In this document: in pieces, positions 61,517-64,000 of the stretch
Layout: the number at the start of each line of letters is the position of its first letter
Numbering within the stretch: position 1 is the stretch's first letter
Source: an uncultured Gemmatimonadales bacterium
GTDB lineage: Bacteria; Gemmatimonadota; Gemmatimonadetes; Palauibacterales; Palauibacteraceae
Length of the DNA stretch: 64,000 bases
Direction: 5' to 3'
NCBI GenBank assembly: GCA_963783385.1
Contig: CAWANJ010000009.1
Coordinates: forward strand, 288,001 to 352,000
Position numbers and translations under genes: made by a program
The notes under the pieces: generated by a model
Seen by the model: the letters and a program-made list of their open reading frames with translations, nothing else
Database searches by the model: none
What the model was told of the DNA's origin: nothing

Positions 61517-63076
61517 ATGAGGAAGATCGCGAGTTCGGTGCTGGCGCTGTTCGCGTGCGGGACGCTGGCAGCCGGAATGCTGTCGCCGGCGTCGGCGCAG
61601 CAGCGCACGGCGCCCGGCCGGGAGCCGCACGCGCGCCAGGCGGCGGATACGACGTCGGGCTACCCGGAGCCGCCGGCCTCGACGACGGAGCATACCATCG
61701 CCGTGGCGGGACAGACGGTGCGCTACAGAGCCACGGCCGGCACGATCGAGCTCCGCGACGACGCTGGGAAGCCGACGGCCAGCGTGTTTTACGTCGCCTA
61801 TACGAAGGAGGGCGTGCAGAATCCCTCCACCCGCCCGGTCACCTTTGCGTACAACGGGGGGCCGGGCTCCTCGTCCATGTGGCTCCACATGGGCGCCCTC
61901 GGCCCCCGGCGGGTCGTGATGGGCGACACCGCGCACATCGCACCGCCGCCCTATCGGCTGGAGGACAATCCGTACACGCCGCTCGACAAGACCGACCTCG
62001 TGTTCATCGACCCGGTCGGGACCGGCTTCAGCCACCCGCTCGGAGATGCCAAGGGCAAGGACTTCTGGGGCGTGGACCAGGACGTCCGGTCGGTGGGGCA
62101 GTTCATCACGCGCTGGGTGCGCCAGAACGACCGCTGGAACTCGCCGCGCTACCTGTTCGGCGAGAGCTACGGGACGACGCGTTCGGCGAACCTCGTAAAC
62201 TACATGCAGAACCACTACGATATGGACTTCAACGGCGTGGTTCTCACGTCGGTCGTCCTCGACTTCCAGACGATCGGGTGGAGCGCCGGGAACGAGCTCC
62301 CCTACCTCCTCTACCTGCCGTCCTACGCGGCGGTGGCCTGGTACCACCACGCCCTTCCGCAGCGGCCGGACTCGCTGGCGCCCTTCCTGGGGCAGGTCAG
62401 GAGCTTCGCCCTCACCGATTACGCGCACGCCCTGGCCGAAGGTTCGAAGATCGGCGACCAGGAGCGGAACGCCGTCCTGGACAAGCTCCACCAGTACACG
62501 GGGCTGAGCCGGGACTACCTCGACAAGGCCGATCTGCGGGTGGACAACAGCGAGTTCGAGAAGGAGCTGATGCGCGAGCATGGGGTGGTGATCGGCCGCC
62601 TGGATGCACGCTTCACCGGGCCCACCGGTGACCTGCTCGGCGAGCGGGCGCCCTACGACCCCCAGTCGGTGGCCATCAGCTCGGCGTTCGCGTCGACCTT
62701 CCGGACCTACCTGCAGAACGAGCTCCACTACCGCACCGAGCGTCCCTATCAGGTGAGCGGCAACGTCCGACCGTGGGACTGGACGCACGGGCGGAGCTTC
62801 GGCTGGCCCGGCTTCACGAACGTCGCGCCGGACCTGGCGGAGGCGCTGCAGCGGAACCCGCACCTGCAGGTCCTGGTGAACAACGGCTACTACGATCTGG
62901 CCACGCCCTTCTTCGCGACCGAGTACACCATGGACCACCTCGGGCTGCCCGCCGATCTCCGGGGGCACGTGCACATGGCCTACTACGACGCCGGCCACAT
63001 GATGTACGTGCACGATGCGTCGCTGGCGAAGATGAAGCAGAACTTCGCCCGCTTCATCGACGAGACCACCCACTGA
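61517..63076 (+). CDS. Secreted S10 family serine carboxypeptidase
   Basis: Signal peptide; NGGPGSSS, FIDPVGTGFS, GESYG nucleophile, DLATP, GHMMY. Confidence 0.92.
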   Translation: MRKIASSVLALFACGTLAAGMLSPASAQQRTAPGREPHARQAADTTSGYPEPPASTTEHTIAVAGQTVRYRATAGTIELRDDAGKPTASVFYVAYTKEGVQNPSTRPVTFAYNGGPGSSSMWLHMGALGPRRVVMGDTAHIAPPPYRLEDNPYTPLDKTDLVFIDPVGTGFSHPLGDAKGKDFWGVDQDVRSVGQFITRWVRQNDRWNSPRYLFGESYGTTRSANLVNYMQNHYDMDFNGVVLTSVVLDFQTIGWSAGNELPYLLYLPSYAAVAWYHHALPQRPDSLAPFLGQVRSFALTDYAHALAEGSKIGDQERNAVLDKLHQYTGLSRDYLDKADLRVDNSEFEKELMREHGVVIGRLDARFTGPTGDLLGERAPYDPQSVAISSAFASTFRTYLQNELHYRTERPYQVSGNVRPWDWTHGRSFGWPGFTNVAPDLAEALQRNPHLQVLVNNGYYDLATPFFATEYTMDHLGLPADLRGHVHMAYYDAGHMMYVHDASLAKMKQNFARFIDETTH

Positions 63077-63106
63077 GCTGACGGGGGACGCCCCCCATCC
63101 AGGAGT

Positions 63107-63133
63107 GAGCCGGCCGCCACTCGCGGCCGGCTC
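63107..63133 (+). terminator. GC hairpin after the S10 peptidase gene (possible terminator)
   Basis: 11-bp perfect stem GAGCCGGCCGC/GCGGCCGGCTC; no poly-T tail. Confidence 0.45.
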
Positions 63134-63173
63134 TCCTCCGCCCCCGCCACCCGGCTCCGGCGACCAAGTTCCC

Positions 63174-63202
63174 TTGACTGCCTCCATACGTCCCTCTACT
63201 GT
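63174..63202 (+). promoter_or_regulatory. Putative sigma70 promoter TTGACT-17-TACTGT for coxB
   Basis: Near-consensus hexamers with a 17-nt spacer. Confidence 0.6.
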
Positions 63203-63263
63203 GGCGCGTGCTTGAATCCTCCCCACGGAGGATCCCTCACAGGACAGGATCGCGACGGGGCGA

Positions 63264-64000
63264 ATGCCTTCGAAGAAGACGTGGTCGTGGAAAGGCCCGG
63301 GACTGGTGCTCGGGCTCGTACTCGTGCTTGGTCTGGCGGCGTGCACCGGCGCCCTGCCGCAGTCCACCCTGCATCCCATCTCCGACTTCGGTCGACGGAT
63401 CGATGACCTCTTCCGTCGGATCTTCTGGTTCGCGGTGGGCGTGTTCGTGGTCGTGGAGGGGCTCCTGGTGTACGCGGTGTTCCGGTTCCGGGACCGCGGG
63501 GGGGAGGGGCGCCCCGAGCCAGTGCATGGCAACACCAGGCTCGAGATCGCCTGGACGCTGGCCCCGGCAGTCATCCTGGTGCTCATCGCGGTGCCGACGA
63601 TCCGGACCATCTTCGTGGTCGACAACCCGCCGCCGGCGGTCGACAACGCGTTGCCGATCGACGTGATCGGGCACCAGTGGTGGTGGGAGTTCCGCTACCC
63701 GACGCTCGGGATCGTGACGGCCGACGAGATGCACGTCCCCGTGGGACGGACCGTCGAGCTCCACCTGACCTCCACGGACGTGATCCACAGCTTCTGGGTC
63801 CCGCGGATCGGCGGGAAGCGGGACGTGGTTCCGGGGCACCACAACTTCCTGTGGTTCACGGTGGATTCGGCGGGGGAGTATCCGGGCCAGTGCGCCGAGT
63901 TCTGCGGAGAGGAGCACGCGCTCATGCGGGTGCTCGCCATCGCCCAGGACTCGGCGACCTTCCAGACGTGGGCCGACAGCCAGAAGCCCGACGCCCGCGA
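63264..64000 (+). CDS. coxB: Cytochrome c oxidase subunit II (runs off window end)
   Basis: Not in the ORF track. Manual translation: lipobox LAAC, HGNTRLEIAWT, GHQWWWEFRY, DVIHSFWVP, CuA motif CAEFCGEEHALM. Confidence 0.95.
   Translation, partial: MPSKKTWSWKGPGLVLGLVLVLGLAACTGALPQSTLHPISDFGRRIDDLFRRIFWFAVGVFVVVEGLLVYAVFRFRDRGGEGRPEPVHGNTRLEIAWTLAPAVILVLIAVPTIRTIFVVDNPPPAVDNALPIDVIGHQWWWEFRYPTLGIVTADEMHVPVGRTVELHLTSTDVIHSFWVPRIGGKRDVVPGHHNFLWFTVDSAGEYPGQCAEFCGEEHALMRVLAIAQDSATFQTWADSQKPDAR

Noticed and set aside
61517-63076. S10 peptidase as a mobile or horizontally acquired island
   Set aside because: No integrase, transposase, flanking repeats or evident compositional shift.

Overview
High-GC (roughly 70%) bacterial chromosome segment made almost entirely of core housekeeping operons. 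Gene content and order suggest an FCB-group organism, most likely Gemmatimonadota (inference, not a database result). Order: partial manC (-); lipoprotein-serS-orphan sensor kinase-pcrA/uvrD-gatCAB (+); a divergent cluster PTS IIA / P-II-like / CPA-type antiporter / DUF948-like / Zn-phospholipase C-like (-); murA-pgeF; rimP-nusA-L7Ae-infB-DUF503-rbfA-truB-ribF-rpsO-pnp-M16 peptidase-ald; mreBCD-mrdA-rodA-accD-folC-brxA/B; hisS-proS-guaA-Nif3; lipoprotein-mlaEFD (-); hsp20-clpB-lipoprotein; a decayed GT2 glycosyltransferase and mce (-); trxA-rsmI-TonB-anchor-like protein; valS-Ig-like lipoprotein-selA-gmhB-purN-purH; S10 peptidase; partial coxB. I found no tRNA, rRNA, CRISPR array, prophage or IS element. 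nusA and clpB each carry a single-base frameshift and rodA lacks its expected stop; these are probably assembly errors. The most interesting unexplained signal is strong enrichment of the Bacteroidota O-glycosylation sequon D-(S/T)-(A/I/L/V/M/T) in exported proteins compared with cytoplasmic ones, which suggests an undescribed general protein O-glycosylation system in this lineage.
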